Assembly: GCA_965287045.1 (NCBI GenBank)
Contig: OZ336870.1
Coordinates: 164,176,001-164,240,000, forward strand
DNA: 64,000 bases
Direction: 5' to 3'
Source of the DNA: Carcharhinus amblyrhynchos
Lineage: Eukaryota
The notes below the pieces were generated by a model. It ran no database searches, was not told where the DNA came from, and saw only the letters and a list, made by a program, of their open reading frames with translations. This document shows, piece after piece, positions 12,628 through 25,187 of the stretch. Position 1 is the stretch's first letter. Every line of letters starts with the position of its first letter. A program made the translations under genes and the position numbers.

Positions 12628-13140
12628 AATTTGATTTGATTTATTATTGTATTAGCGTACAGTGAGAAGTGTTGTTTCTTGCATGCTATAGAATAAAACA
12701 TAGAATCTTACAGTGCAGAAGGAAACCATTCGGCCCATCAAGTCTGCACAGACCACACCCCCACCCAGGCCATATCCCCATAATCCTGCATATTTACCCT
12801 CCTAATCCGTCTGAGATACAGGGGCAATTTAGCATGGCCGATCCACCTAACCCGCACATCTTTGGACCGTGGGAGGAAACCAGAGCACCCGGAGGAAACC
12901 CACACAGACACAGGGAGAATGTGCAAGCTCCACACAGACAGTGACCCAAGCTGGGAATTGAACTCAGATCCCTGGCGCTGTGAGGCAGCAGTGCTCACCA
13001 TTGTGCTGCCTTATACAGACAAAGCATACCGTTCATAGAAAAGGAAAGGATTGAGTGCAGAATGTGGCATTACAATCATAGTTGGGGCGTAGAGAAAGAT
13101 CAACTTAGTGCGAGGTAGGACCATTCAAAGTCTGGTGGAA
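12628..13140 (-). mobile_element. Rex1/Babar-like LINE 3' end with a nested HE1 SINE (~12700-13010)
   Basis: tttgatttgatttattattgt terminus; the LINE sequence resumes (tatacagacaaagcatacc) after the SINE. Confidence 0.75.
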
Positions 13141-13579
13141 AAGAGTCAGCATAAAGTTTTAGAAACGTAGAACGAGAGTAAAACATAGAATTAGAAGGTA
13201 TGCTGGGCACAGCTTGTAAGAAGCTGCCTCGCTCAGGCGCCATCTTGAGGAAAAAAAACAATTTGAATAATATTTGATTTGAATAAAACTGGGTGAATAG
13301 AGTTAAGATACAGGTCAACCATAATGGCTTTTTAACAGCTGTATTAACTTGTTCTGCCACTTTACATTGGGAGGCCTTGCTGTCACATTACTATTGTGCA
13401 GCAAACTCTGGAGTCAGTTATTCATGATCAGAACACAGGCAGCAAGAAAAGGTGAGCAGGGCTTTTGCAACCAGGACATTGCATAGACGCACACAGCAGA
13501 AGGTGTGAACCAAGGAGACAGCAGGGAGAGGAGCTCTGGCCTGTATCATAGGACAGGCTGCACAGTGAAAGTTAGTTCG

Positions 13580-13898
13580 AAATCATAAAATCCCTATGGT
13601 GCAGATAGAGGCTATTCGGCCCATCGAGTCTGTACTGAACACAATCCCACTCAGGCCCTATTCCTGTAACCCCACATATTCACCCTGCTAATCCCCTGAC
13701 ACTAGGGTCAACTTAGTATGGCCAATCAACTAAGCCACACATCTTTGGAGCGGGGGAGGAAACCGGAGCAACCAGAAGAAAACCACACAGACACAGGGAG
13801 CTTATGTAAACTCCACACAGTGACCCGGACTGGAATTGAGTCTGGGTCCCTGGCGCTGTGAGGCAGCAGTGCTAATCACTGGGCCACCATGCCACCCC
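13580..13898 (-). mobile_element. HE1-type V-SINE
   Basis: Full-length copy in reverse complement. Confidence 0.85.
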
Positions 13899-14316
13899 AT
13901 TTTATATTCTATATTTCACATTAAGTGGAGCTAAAGTTGTCTACTCTATATTAGTAGCAGGTGAATACAAATTCAACAAAGTCATTTTGATCATACCTAT
14001 TGCCCTGTAACATAGAATAAGGCATCTCTCAATTGAAACCCAACTGCACCTCAACTAATGTTAACTTAGTCCATGGTCAGTGAAATTGTAGCAATGTGTA
14101 AAGTGATGTGGGTATCTAGTTTAGGTCTTGAGGATGCTATTGTTACAACCCTGGGTTATATTATCTTGCACATAAATGGAGTATGGCATGAGTCAACTTG
14201 TATAAAGGTAAAACATTCCAATTGCTTTCGAGAGTGGCTGATCCTTTTGAGCCTGGAAAGGTAGTCGCGACAGACTGGAAATTGTTCGTGTCACTTAATT
14301 AGCCAGGGTGGAGTTT

Positions 14317-14519
14317 CATAGAATCATAGAATCCTACAGTGTAGAAGGAGGACATTCGGCCCATCAATCTGCACTGGCCACAATCCCACCCAGGCCCTTA
14401 CCCCATAACCCATGCAGTTACCTTAGCTCGTTCCCTGACTATCAGTTGCAATTTAACACAGCCAATCTACTTAACCCGCATACCTTTGGGCTGCGTGAGG
14501 AAACCAGAGCACCCAGAGG
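14317..14519 (-). mobile_element. 5'-truncated HE1-type V-SINE
   Basis: catagaatcatagaatc tail and part of the V-domain. Confidence 0.8.
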
Positions 14520-14969
14520 CTGAACCATAAAATGTTGAGAAGCCAATTAATCCCTTTCCATTGTTAATGAACCTTCTGGCATCTACTGTGCTGTATAAAT
14601 GACAATGAATTGTAATGTATTCCAATGTGCTGTGTGCAGTATCCAGGCTACTGATAAGTTTGGCTGGAGGCTGGAGAATCCTTGGCTGTGAATGGGTGTC
14701 AATGGTAGGGGCCATGAAATTTAGACAGGGGGCGTCAAGTTGATTCCTCCACACCCGTTGCTGGGCGGAGGGCTAAAAATCCTGAGAGGCTCGCACGAGT
14801 TAAAGCTAACCTGCACGACTCAAACGCACCCTGCATCTCCTAAAGGACACTTCACCGTGACTGGAGCCAGTGTTGGAAGTTATGCTAAAATTCTGACATG
14901 GGAAGACAGTCACGGCACAACCTGGCAGGGAATGGGCTCCAAGATTTTCTGATGTTGCACTGGCCAACA

Positions 14970-15115
14970 TTAAGGGCATTTAAACGATCATTGGATAAAC
15001 ACGTGGATGATATTGGAATAGTGTAGGTTAGATGGGCTTTAGATTGATTTCACAGGTCGGCGCAACATTGAGGGCCGAAGGGCCTGTACTGCGCTGTAAT
15101 GTTCTATGTTCTATG
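14970..15115 (+). mobile_element. CR1 LINE extreme 3' end
   Basis: gggccgaagggcctgtactgcgctgtaatgttctatgttctatg terminus. Confidence 0.75.
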
Positions 15116-15316
15116 GAGATGTTGTCCACCACTTCAATGGGCAGTAAGTGAAAATGAGGAGAGATCTATTCAGTCCACACTGGATTGATTGAGGAAGCCC
15201 CCTCTACAGCCCTTACAAAGGCAATGGGAGCAGAGAGCTGTGGTCAGTGCTCGGAATCTAGCTGAAGGGCTTGAACACAGTGTTACCAACAGCTTCCATG
15301 ACCCCTTCATGAGTGA

Positions 15317-15670
15317 TTTTGATTAGATTTGAGTTGATTTATTATTGTCACATGTATTGGTATACAGTGAAAAGTATTGTTTCTTGCGCTCTACACAGAC
15401 AAAGCATACCATTCATAGAGAAGGAAACGAGAGAGTGCAAAATGCTGAGTTATAGTCAGAGCTGGGGTGTAGAAAAAGATCAACTTAATGCGAGGCAGGT
15501 CCATTCAAAAGTCATGATGGCAGCAGGGAAGAAACTATTCTTGAGTCAGTTGGTACGTGACATCACACTCTTGTATCTTTTTCCTGATGCAAGAATGTGG
15601 AAGAGAGTATGTCCGTGGGGTTCTTAATTATATTGACTGGTTTTTCAAGGCAGCAGGAAGTGTAAACTGA
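15317..15670 (-). mobile_element. Rex1/Babar-like LINE 3' fragment
   Basis: Same family as 25188-25930 and 51437-52045. Confidence 0.75.
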
Positions 15671-15750
15671 CTGGTTAAGGTCACTGAAAATATCACTAAT
15701 TGCATCATTAGCAACTATCTCATTTTGTTTTTGTAGTGCTTGGTTGATTA

Positions 15751-16700
15751 TAAGAACATAAGAAATAAGAACATAACATAAGAACATAAGAAATAGGAGC
15801 AGGAGTAGGCCATCTAGCCCTTCGAGCCTGCCTCGCCATTCAATAAGATCATGGCTGATCTGTCATGGCTCAGTTCCACATTCCCGCCCTTTCCCCATAA
15901 CCCTTAATCCCCTCGCTTATCAAAAACCCATCAACCCGTGTCTTAAAAATATTTAGCGAGGCAGCCTCCACCACTTCAACGGGCAGAGAATTCCAGAGAT
16001 TCACCACCCTTTGAGTGAAGAAGTTCCTCCTCAACTCCGTTCTAAACCGCCCCCCCTTTATCTTGAGGCTGTGCCCCCTAGTCCTACTATCCTTTCTGAG
16101 CGGGAAGAGTCTCTCCACCTCTATCCTATCCATCCCATTCATCATCTTATACGTCTCAATGAGATCTCCCCTCATTCTTCTAAACTCTAACGAGTACAAG
16201 CCTAATTTATTCAGCCTCTCCTCATAGCTCAACCCCCTCAACTCCGGCATCAGCCTAGTAAAACTCCTCTGCACTCCCTCCAAGGCCAAAATATCCTTGC
16301 GTAAGTACGGCGCCCAAAACTGCACACAGTACTCCAGCTGCGGCCTCACCAATGCCCTATACAGCCGCAGCAAGACCTCCCTACTTTTATATTCAATCCC
16401 CCTTGCTATGAAGGCCAGCATCCCATTCGCCTTCCTGACCACCTGTTGCACCTGCAAGCTGGGTTTTTGTGACTCATGCACAAGGACCCCGAGGTCCCTC
16501 TGCACCATTGCCTGCTGCAGTTTTTCTCCACGTAAGTAATAATCCTTCCTACCATTATTCCTACCAAAGTGGACCACCTCGCACTTGCCAACATTAAATT
16601 CCATTTGCCAGTTCCTGGCCCATTCGCCCAGCCTATCTAGATCCTTCTGCAGACTCTCCAAACCCTCCGCACAATTTGCCGTTCCTCCAATCTTGGTGTC
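15751..16700 (-). mobile_element. Young 5'-truncated CR1/HER1 LINE with an uninterrupted 263-aa ORF2 C-terminus
   Basis: ORF 15870..16661 (LQKDLDRL..WQMEFNVGKC..VRPQLEYCVQFW..FFTQRVVNLWNSLP); tandem (ttcttatg)n tail at 15751-15795. Confidence 0.92.
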
Positions 16701-16815
16701 TATTTAAATCCTATTAAAATACAGTGATTCAAAGGAGTTATCTAGTGCCCCAGCTCCATGGGGACGTTTGGGTTGTTAGAGAGCCTTGTAACAGAGAGGG
16801 AACATGTTCCAGCTA

Positions 16816-17030
16816 GCCGTGGCTCAGTGGAGATGGGATTCTCACGCCCTGAGACTGAAGGTTCCGGCTTCAAGTCCACTCCAGGGCTTGAGCACAGAAA
16901 GCAAGGCTGATCTTACAGTACGGCATTGAGGAAGTGCTGCACTATTGGAGGCGCCATCTTCCAGAGGAGACATTAAACTCAGGTCCCATCTGCTTGCTGG
17001 CTGTGAAAGGTCCCAGGGCACCATTGCTGA
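16816..17030 (+). mobile_element. Deu-domain (SacSINE1-like) SINE, 5' part
   Basis: gccgtggctcagtgg tRNA head, then gtgctgcact..ggaggcgccatctt...gagacattaaac block. Confidence 0.65.
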
Positions 17031-17147
17031 GGAGATAGCTGTGAAATTCTACCGAGAGTTAACACTGTGGGTTATGATCTTCCGTTCAAACTGGACTATG
17101 TTAGAGGTGAACAGCTTTTAAAAACAAGTGCAAAGCCTGTGAAGATG

Positions 17148-17380
17148 GCGGGGGTGGGGGGCTGGGGGGCTGGTGTTGGGAGGTGCTGGGTGGGGGGAGG
17201 AAGTGGGTGGGGGGCGAAGAGCAGCGTGGGGGAAGAGGAGTGGCAGGAGCGAGTGGGGGAGGAGGAGGTGGGTGGGGGGAAGAAGTGGATGGGGGGACAA
17301 GCAGGGTGGGGGAGGAGGAGTGGCAGGAGCGAATGGGGGAGGGTGGGAGGAGTGGGGGTGGGGAAGAGGGTGAGGGGGGT
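17148..17380 (+). repeat. G-rich purine tract with an ~80-bp imperfect duplication
   Basis: Many G4-G6 runs; gaggagtggcaggagcga(g/a)tggggga occurs twice. Confidence 0.85.
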
Positions 17381-18407
17381 GTACACAGAAGGAGAAGTCA
17401 GTGATAAAGCGAAGGCAGGAGTTATTGTATTGTAAAAGTGAAGATGGTGCGCATAAACACCTTTCCCTTTTCTTTTATCCCCTGCACCTTACTACACTTT
17501 CTACAAAGATACTGCCTTTGTACTCTCTACAAAAATACTCACTGCTAACATCTTGGTTGTGATAAAATGCTTTTGATATTTTCCTCACAAACAGAATTAA
17601 TACTAACGTCCCTGGCTTAGTGCCAGCTTTGAGAGGCGCGGAGAGTGTTACTGGCTGATCAACCCTCATACTCAGAGCAGCTAAATTAAAAAAAGAAGCC
17701 AAGCCTGTTCCTATCAGTTTCAGTTTAGGAAACCTGGTTGGCATGGATGAGAAGGGTTGAAAGGCCTGTTTCTGTGCTGGATATCTCTATCAGCCTATGG
17801 GTGGAATTGTCCTGTCCCGCCCGCCATAGGAATGATAGCGGGTGGGGCGTGGACCACACAGAGGTCCACAGACCTTGGGCAAGATTTTCCTGTCTTAGGG
17901 TGAGCACAGTCGGAAAATCCTTCCCTCTGACTCTATTTTCTTCAATAATAATGAAAACACAGAATCTGAAGCACTTGTCATTACCTGTAAGTGCTTCTTC
18001 AATAATTTACCTTCCATGTTTCTTCTTACTCTCCAAATGATAAATGATTTGGGGGGAAGAGCTTTCATTACTTAGCCCATTAGTTATTTGTCAGATTGGC
18101 AAAAGGTTATTTTTTTACTTGCAAACAGCTCAGAAGCAGCTGTTATTTCTTCTCCCAGTGACGGTTGCACGCATTGAAGGGGATCACTGTTTTGTCAACA
18201 AATCTTATCAAAACCCTGCTTAAACAGTTTTATCTCATGCGACGCTGGAGGTAAGACAGGAAATCAGTGCTCTGGATTTATTGCTCAGTCTGAGATTCAC
18301 TAATAACACATGAACAAACAAGTGCTGCGCTGTTTCTGACAGGTTGTTCTCTCAGGTTTCTCTTTGTAAACGCAAGGCACAGTTTTCTGAGGTCACGCTG
18401 ACTTCCA

Positions 18408-18680
18408 TTTTAATTCATTCATGGGACATGGGCATCGCTGGCTTGTCAGCATTTATTGCCCATCCCTCGTTGCCCAAGAGAAGGTGGTGGTTAGCTGCCT
18501 TGTTGAACAACTGAGTGGCTTGCTAGGCCATCTCAGATGGCAGTTGAGAGTCAACCACATTGCTGAGGGTTGTGGAGTTATATGAAGGCCAGATCAGATA
18601 AGCAGATTTCCTTTCCCAAGGACATTCATGAACCAGATGGTTTTTTCCGACAATGAACTTTTTACAGTCATCAAGAGATT
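18408..18680 (-). mobile_element. tRNA-SINE family C, 3' part
   Basis: Similar to 29425-29771 and 63805-64000. Confidence 0.65.
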
Positions 18681-18699
18681 ATAGATAGCTCCAAGAAAA

Positions 18700-20965
18700 A
18701 CAGGTAGGTAATAGTAGGGGACTTTAACTTTCCCAACGTTGACTAGGACAGCCATAGTATTTGGGGCATGGATGGAGAGAAATTTTGTTGAGTGTATTCA
18801 GGAGGAATTTCTCATTCAGTATGTGGATGGCCTGACTAGAAAGGGGGCAAAACTTGACCCCCTCTTGTGAAATAAGGGAAGGCAGGTGACAGAAGTGTTA
18901 ATGAGGGATCACTTTGGGACTAATTCCGTTTGTTTTAAGATAGCTATGGAAAATGATAGGTCTGGTCCAAAAGTTAAAATTCTAAATTGGGGCAAGGCTA
19001 ATTAGACAGGAACTTTTGAAAATTGATTGGAGGAGTCTGTTGGCAGGCAAAGGGATGCCCGGTAAGCAGCAGGCTTTCAAAAGTGCGTTAGCCAGGGTTC
19101 AGAGTAAGCACATTCCTTTTAGAGTGAAGGGCTAGGCTGGTAGAAGTGGGGAACCCTGGATGCCTCAGGATATTGAGACTCTGGTCAAGAAGAAGAGGGA
19201 GGCATATGGCATGCATAGGCAGCAGGGATCAAGTGGATCCCTTGAAGAGTATAGAGGGTGCCAGAGTATAGTTAAGAGAGAAATCAGGAGGGCAAAAAGG
19301 GGGAAAGAGATTGCTTTGGCAGATAAGGCAAAGGAGAATCCAAAGAGCTTCTATGAATGCATAAAAGGCAAAAGAGTAACAAGGGAGAGAATAGGGTCTC
19401 TTAAGGATCAAAAAGGTCATCTCTGTGTGAATCCACAGGAGATGGGTGAGATCCTAAATGAGTTTTTCTCATCGGTATTTACTGTTGAGAAAGGTATGGA
19501 TGTTAGGGAAATAAATAATAATATCTTGAAGAGTGTACATATTACAGAGAAGGAGGTACTGGTAGTCTTAGAAGCGCATCAAGGCAGAAAAATCCCTGGG
19601 ACCTGATGACGTGTATCCCAGGGTGTTGTAGGAGGCTAGGGAAGAAATTGCAAGTCCTCTAGCAGAGATATTTGAATCATCGACAGCCATAGGTGAGATG
19701 CCTGAAGATTGGACAGTGGCAAATGTTTTGCCTTTGTTTAAGAGGGGATGCAGGGAAAAGCCTTAGAACTACAGGTTGGTAAGCCTACAGTCTGTAGTGA
19801 CTAAGTTTTTAGAAGATATTCTGACTGACACGATCTACAGGCATTTAGAAAGACAAGGACCAATTAGGGACAGTTAACATGGCTTTGTGAGTGGAACATT
19901 TTTTGAAGGGGTAACGAAGAAGATGAGGGTAGTACAGTCAACATTGTCTACATGGACTTTAGCAAGGTCTTTGACAAAAAACCGCATGGTAGGTTGTTGC
20001 ATAAGGTTAGAAACCTGTAAAACTCTAACAGGACTAGACTGGGTAGATGCAGGAAGGATGTTCCCGATGGAGGGGGTTCCAGAACCAAGGGTCACGGTCT
20101 AAAGATCTGGGGCAGACAGGACTGAGGTGAGAAGTCAGGAGTTAGGAATACTGCAGCGAGTAACTCACCTCCTGACTTCCAAAGCCTGTCCATCATCTAC
20201 AAGGCACAAGTCAAGCGTATGATAGAATACTCTCCACTTGCTTAGATGGGTGCAGTTCCAACAACACTCAAGAAGCTTGACACCATTCCAGCACAAAGCA
20301 GCCTGCTTGATTGGCAACACATCTATAAACATCCACTCCCTCTACCATTGATGTTCAGTAGCAGCAGTGGGTACCATCTACAAGATGCACTGCAGCAATT
20401 CACCCAAGATCCTCAGACAGCACCTTCCAAACCCATGATCACATCCATCTAGAAGGACAAAAGCAGCAGATACATGGGGAAACCACCACCTGGAAGTTCC
20501 CCTCCAATTCACTCACCATCCTGACCTGGAAATGTGTCGCAGTTCCTTTGCAGTCGCTGGGTCAAAATCCTAGAATTCCCTCCCTAATGACATTGTGGGT
20601 CAACCCACAGCATGTGGACTACAGCGATTCAAGAAGGCAGCTCACCACCATCTAGATCATTACCCAACTAGGGATGGGCAATAAATACTGGCCAGCCAGC
20701 GACACCCGTGTCCCACAATTGAATACAAAAGTGGTGAGCCTGTGGAATTTGCTACCACAGAAAGCAGTTGAGATCAAAACAGTGTTTGTTTTCAAGAAGG
20801 AATTGGATATAGCTCTTGGGGCAAAGGGTGTTCAAAGGATGTGAGGCGTGGTGGGAGTGGGATCAGACTGTTGAGTTGGATGATCAGCCATGATTATAAT
20901 GAATGGCAGAGCAAGCTTGAAGGGCCAAATGGCCTCCTCCTGCTCCTATCTTTTATGTTTCTGTG
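18700..20965 (+). mobile_element. Degenerate CR1/HER1 LINE (endonuclease end to RT to 3' tail) with internal deletions and a nested second LINE
   Basis: GDFNFP-like start, ORF 19160..19606 (KENPKSFY..KGKRVTRERIGSLKD), cctgaagattgg..gtggcaaatgt, atggactttagcaagg; tail resumes at ~20731. Confidence 0.85.
20143..20730 (+). mobile_element. Second CR1-superfamily LINE 3' fragment (family 2)
   Basis: IYKAQV..EYSPLA.MGAVPTTLKKLDTI; tail gggatgggcaataaatactggcc...gtcccac. Other copies at ~21300-21540, ~22665-22920 and ~48500-48850 (all -), and ~53645-53786 (+). Confidence 0.75.
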
Positions 20966-21934
20966 AAAGCTGCCCCAGTGGTTCCAGTAAATGGTTCCTG
21001 GAAGATTTTCCTCTCTATTCTTCATGGATGACCGTCCCCACAACACTCCCTCCCCCTGTAAATTTTAACCTTTACATACCTGTCCTAGTACACCTCCGTT
21101 TTGTCGTGACCTCAAGGTCTTTGGTCTGCTTGAGAAGTGTGTATCTCTTCTGGGTGGCACTGCTGAAGCTTCTGGCGGCACTGCTGTTAGCCCTGAGGAG
21201 TGCACCCACCATCCTCAACTGAACTGCTGACCCATAGGCAGCCGATTAGAAAGGTCAGCTTCAGAAAAATCATCAAACAGGTCCCACTGCCAGTAAAGGC
21301 CTTTTTTAAAATTAATTTTATGGGGTGTGGGCGTCCCTGGCTGGATCAGCATTTACTGCCCATTCCTAGAAGCCCTAGAGAAGGTGGTAGTGAGCTTCCT
21401 TCTTGAACCGCTGCAGTCCATGTGGTGTAGGAACACCCACAGTTTTGTTAGGGAAGGTGTTCCAGGATTTGGACCCAGCGACAATGATATAATTTCAAAT
21501 CAGGATGGTGAGTGACTTGGAGGAGATACCCTAGGTGATGTCGGGGTCCTGAAACTCGCTGTAAAATTCAGTCCATCAACTTATATTCTCCCTCCAAGAC
21601 CACTGTCAATCTCACTGAGTGTTTTCAACATTTTCTGATTTCCAGCAACTGCATATTTTGCTTCTGTATTGAAATGAAAGAGGAATTTGATTCCATCTCA
21701 GTTGAGGATATGCATTCTTTGTGAAATTTTTTTTAAGGGTTTAATTAGTTGGAACAGAAGAGCTGGAAGAGGCTTCTATTTTACTTCCCATTGTTTTCAG
21801 TGATTCATTCCAAAAGTAATATGTACCCTTGTGTTAAAACAAGTGGCAAATAAAACTGGCTACACGATTTTTCTTGAAGCTGGTATCCTGTAATTATCTG
21901 ATCAAGGACAGAAAATCCTTGCTGTCCAATGGCA

Positions 21935-22285
21935 GTGGCGTGGTCGTACGGTGATTAGGACTGCTGCTTCATAGCACTAGTGATCTTGGTTCAATTCCAG
22001 CCTTGGGTGACTGTCTGTGTGGAGTTTGCACGTTCTCCCCAGGCACTCCAGTTTGCACACTCTCCCCTCCGGGTGCTCCGATTTCCTCCCACACTCCAAA
22101 TATGTGCAGGTTAGATGGATTGGCCGTGCTAAATTGCCACTTAGTGTCCAAAGGTGTATGGATTAGCAAGGTAAATATGTGGGATGTTGGGGAGAGGGTC
22201 TGGGTTGGATGCTCTGTCGGAGAGTCAGTGCAACCACAATGGAGCTGAATGATCTTCTTTTGTACTATTGGTACTCTAGGAATTG
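21935..22285 (+). mobile_element. HE1-type V-SINE with a small internal duplication
   Basis: Head, V-domain and tail; agtttgcac..tctcccc is repeated. Confidence 0.85.
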
Positions 22286-23449
22286 GATTTAAATTAATAA
22301 TGGTCCAAATTTTGCATTGGCAAGGCATTTATGTGCTTTGCTGTTCGATGGACATTTAGCATTTTTCCTTTTTTATTTTCTTGCATGGAAGTTTTGGAAA
22401 GTACAAGCTCATGAAGCCAAAATCAACAGAATTATTAATGCTCAGCCATATTTCCAGTAACTGTGTATACAGTGCTGTTATGTGATATTATTGGCAGAGA
22501 AATTTACTTAATCTCTAGGTATGGGGCCTGGATGTTCCTTGCTTTGTCCAGCTACTTGTGCATCTATTTTACAACTCAACACTGACAATTTCTGAAACAA
22601 CGATAAGTAGTATTTGTTTAGTCTTTTTCCTCTTTCTTTATATAGCCTCCACATATTTGCCTTTTTTGGCTTATTCTTGTGATGTGGGCATCACTAGCAA
22701 AGTCAGTATTATTTCTATCTCCAGTTACCTTGGGAAAGTACTGGTGAGAATTCCACCTGAACAGTCCATTGCAGGACTGGTTGAGAATTCCAGGAATTTG
22801 ACCCAGCATCAATGATCTAAGGCAACTTATTTCCAAGTGGGGATGATTGTCCAGGTGGTCCCATGTACCTGTTGTCTTTGTAGGTAGTGGAAGTTGCAAG
22901 TTTTGGAGGTTGATGGTGTGGATGGTGCCCCGGATAACTGACTGAAGACCTTCTAAGTCTAAGAGAGCCATTTTACATTGTATGAGACTGGAGCTGGATT
23001 AATACTGAGATTTTCTTTCATTCCCTCCTGGTGGAAAAAGACCTAGCCTGACCCAGATGGTGCATCATGTCCGATTAGACCTTATTGCTGGAATTTTGCC
23101 AACCCGCCCGCCATGGGAATCAGAGCAGGTGAGGGGTGGACTGTGGAAAGATCTGTTGACCTTGGGTGGGATTTTATGGTTTCGAGACCAGCAAGACATA
23201 AAATCCCACCCAATAGTTTAGGGAATCGCAGACCCAAACACACATCTTTCCAATTTGTGGTACATGTGTTCAAAATCCACTGTGCAGTTTCAAATTGACC
23301 TCAACATCTCTCTCCCTGTTACTACATTATCAGACTGTTTATCTGTACTGGATAAGCAGAAAATTTCCCCAACAAAGTATTTGGAAACGATTGTGTTCAG
23401 TGCTCACCACAAGCTGTTAATCCCTAGCCACTGATTCCATAGCACCGAG

Positions 23450-23710
23450 AAATCAGATAGGGAATTCAGAATATACTTTTTGGTTCAAAGAGTGATGAGA
23501 ATGTGGAACTCATTCCCACATGGAGTGATTGAGGCAAATAGTATAGATCCCTTTAAGGGGAAACTAGATAACTAAATGTGGGAGAAAGATTAGAGGATTA
23601 TACTTGTTGAGTTAGAGAAGGAAGGATGGTAAAAGATTCGAGGGCAGCATATTGATATAGGCTAGTTGGGCTGAGTGGCCTGTTCCTTTGCTGCATATTC
23701 TATGTATTCG
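23450..23710 (+). mobile_element. Old CR1 LINE 3' end
   Basis: caaagagtgatgagaatgtggaactc...gggctgagtggcctgtt pattern. Confidence 0.65.
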
Positions 23711-24014
23711 TTGTGTAAAAGCTGCCTTTTTCACCAGGTATTCTGCCTTATATCCCCTTATGTGTCTCAGTGTCAAATTTTGTTTGCTAATGCTTCATGA
23801 AGTGTCTTGGGACCTTATACTACGTTAAAGGTGCTATATAAATGAAAATTGTTGTTGGTTTATTAACAAATAATTTTGAAAAGCACTCGCTGTACTTTGA
23901 TGCCACCATTTAGCTTACAGTCTGGATAAGCAGGCTCCAACTTCTAAGTTTTTATTTCCCATTACCCATTGTTTCCTAGACAACATGATGCATTGAATTA
24001 GACTGACTTGTCAG

Positions 24015-24211
24015 TATATGTGTGTGTGTGTATGTTTGCGCATGTGTGTACATGCGCTTGTGTGTTTGCGCATGTGTGCACATGTGTAAGTGTGTGTTTA
24101 CGCATATGTGCATGTGTGTAAGTGTATGTGTGTGTGTTTGCGCATGTGTGCACGTGTATGCGTGTGTGTGTGTTTGTGTATGTGTGTGTGTATAGATGCG
24201 TGTGTGTGTGT
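24015..24211. repeat. Compound (TG)n / purine-pyrimidine alternating minisatellite
   Basis: Units of ~30-40 bp containing tgtttgcgcatgtgtg repeated 4 times, flanked by (tg)n. Confidence 0.9.
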
Positions 24212-25187
24212 CTACTATACAATACTATACAAGAATTAGGATATCTGAGACAGACCTTGATTAAGAATAGGGTATCAGATTTAAACCTGGAGGGAAGGAG
24301 AGGAAATTAAAACTTTGCCAGTTAACAAGGGATTGTAGTGAGATCGGGATAAACGCCTGTGGAGAGGAAACATCAGAGGCAGGCCGGAGGGGGTAGTGAA
24401 CAGAACAACACTCTTGAGGGTGGCAAAGATTGCTTCTTTTGATCTTTTTCCGTTCAAATGGTAGAAACATTAATACCTGAAAAGAACAAGGAACGTGTGA
24501 ACAGCGAAGCAAGTATGAAAACAGCCGAGATGTGTGAGAAACGGGTCAGGTATGGAATTGAGAAAGGTTTGAAAGAAGGGCATAGTTAAACTCTGGAGTC
24601 AATGTGTTAATCAAAATATTGCTTCTCACCTCAAAATATTGATTCTCGTAATCCATCAGAGTTTACTCCACAAACTAATACAACCCACAGCAGCGACTGG
24701 AAATGGTTAATTAGCTTCCTGCCTGGATAAAGGGAAAGGCCGAAATCTTTCACTCCACAATCTTGTCAACACTGATTGGAATTCTCCAGCGTGGAAACAT
24801 TTGATGAAAATTGTCACGTTTTACTGGTTCCTGCAAGACTCTTCCAAGATCTCATTGCTTTTTGTGGGACCTTGTCATCACAAATTAACTTCCCCATTTG
24901 CTTGCAAAGCATCTGTAGTGGCACTTCAAAAGTAAAATCATTGGCTCTGGCACACCCTGGAACAACCTGAGGCAATGATTATAAACGCAGTGCCTTCCCT
25001 TCTTTCTCGATTATAATTCTCCTTAACGTGGCTATATTTCTTCATAATTAAATCCTTTGACGTTAGGGATTAGCCTTGTGGGTAGTCCTTTTTTGTACTG
25101 CTTCTAGAACTTAGATAAAGTTACCTTCAGTGGTCAGAATTGAATATAGTGCTTTTTAGTAAAGCATATAGCACTTAAGCTCATTCT

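Noticed and set aside
15870-16661. 263-aa ORF as a host gene
   Set aside because: It is the CR1 ORF2 C-terminus of a 5'-truncated LINE.
17067-17435. Gly-rich and Pro-rich ORFs here and at 33217-33829; His/Thr ORF at 23998-24222
   Set aside because: Products of low-complexity repeats.
23971-23984. X-box-like GTTTCCTAGACAAC
   Set aside because: Mismatch in the RGYAAC half-site and isolated; likely chance.
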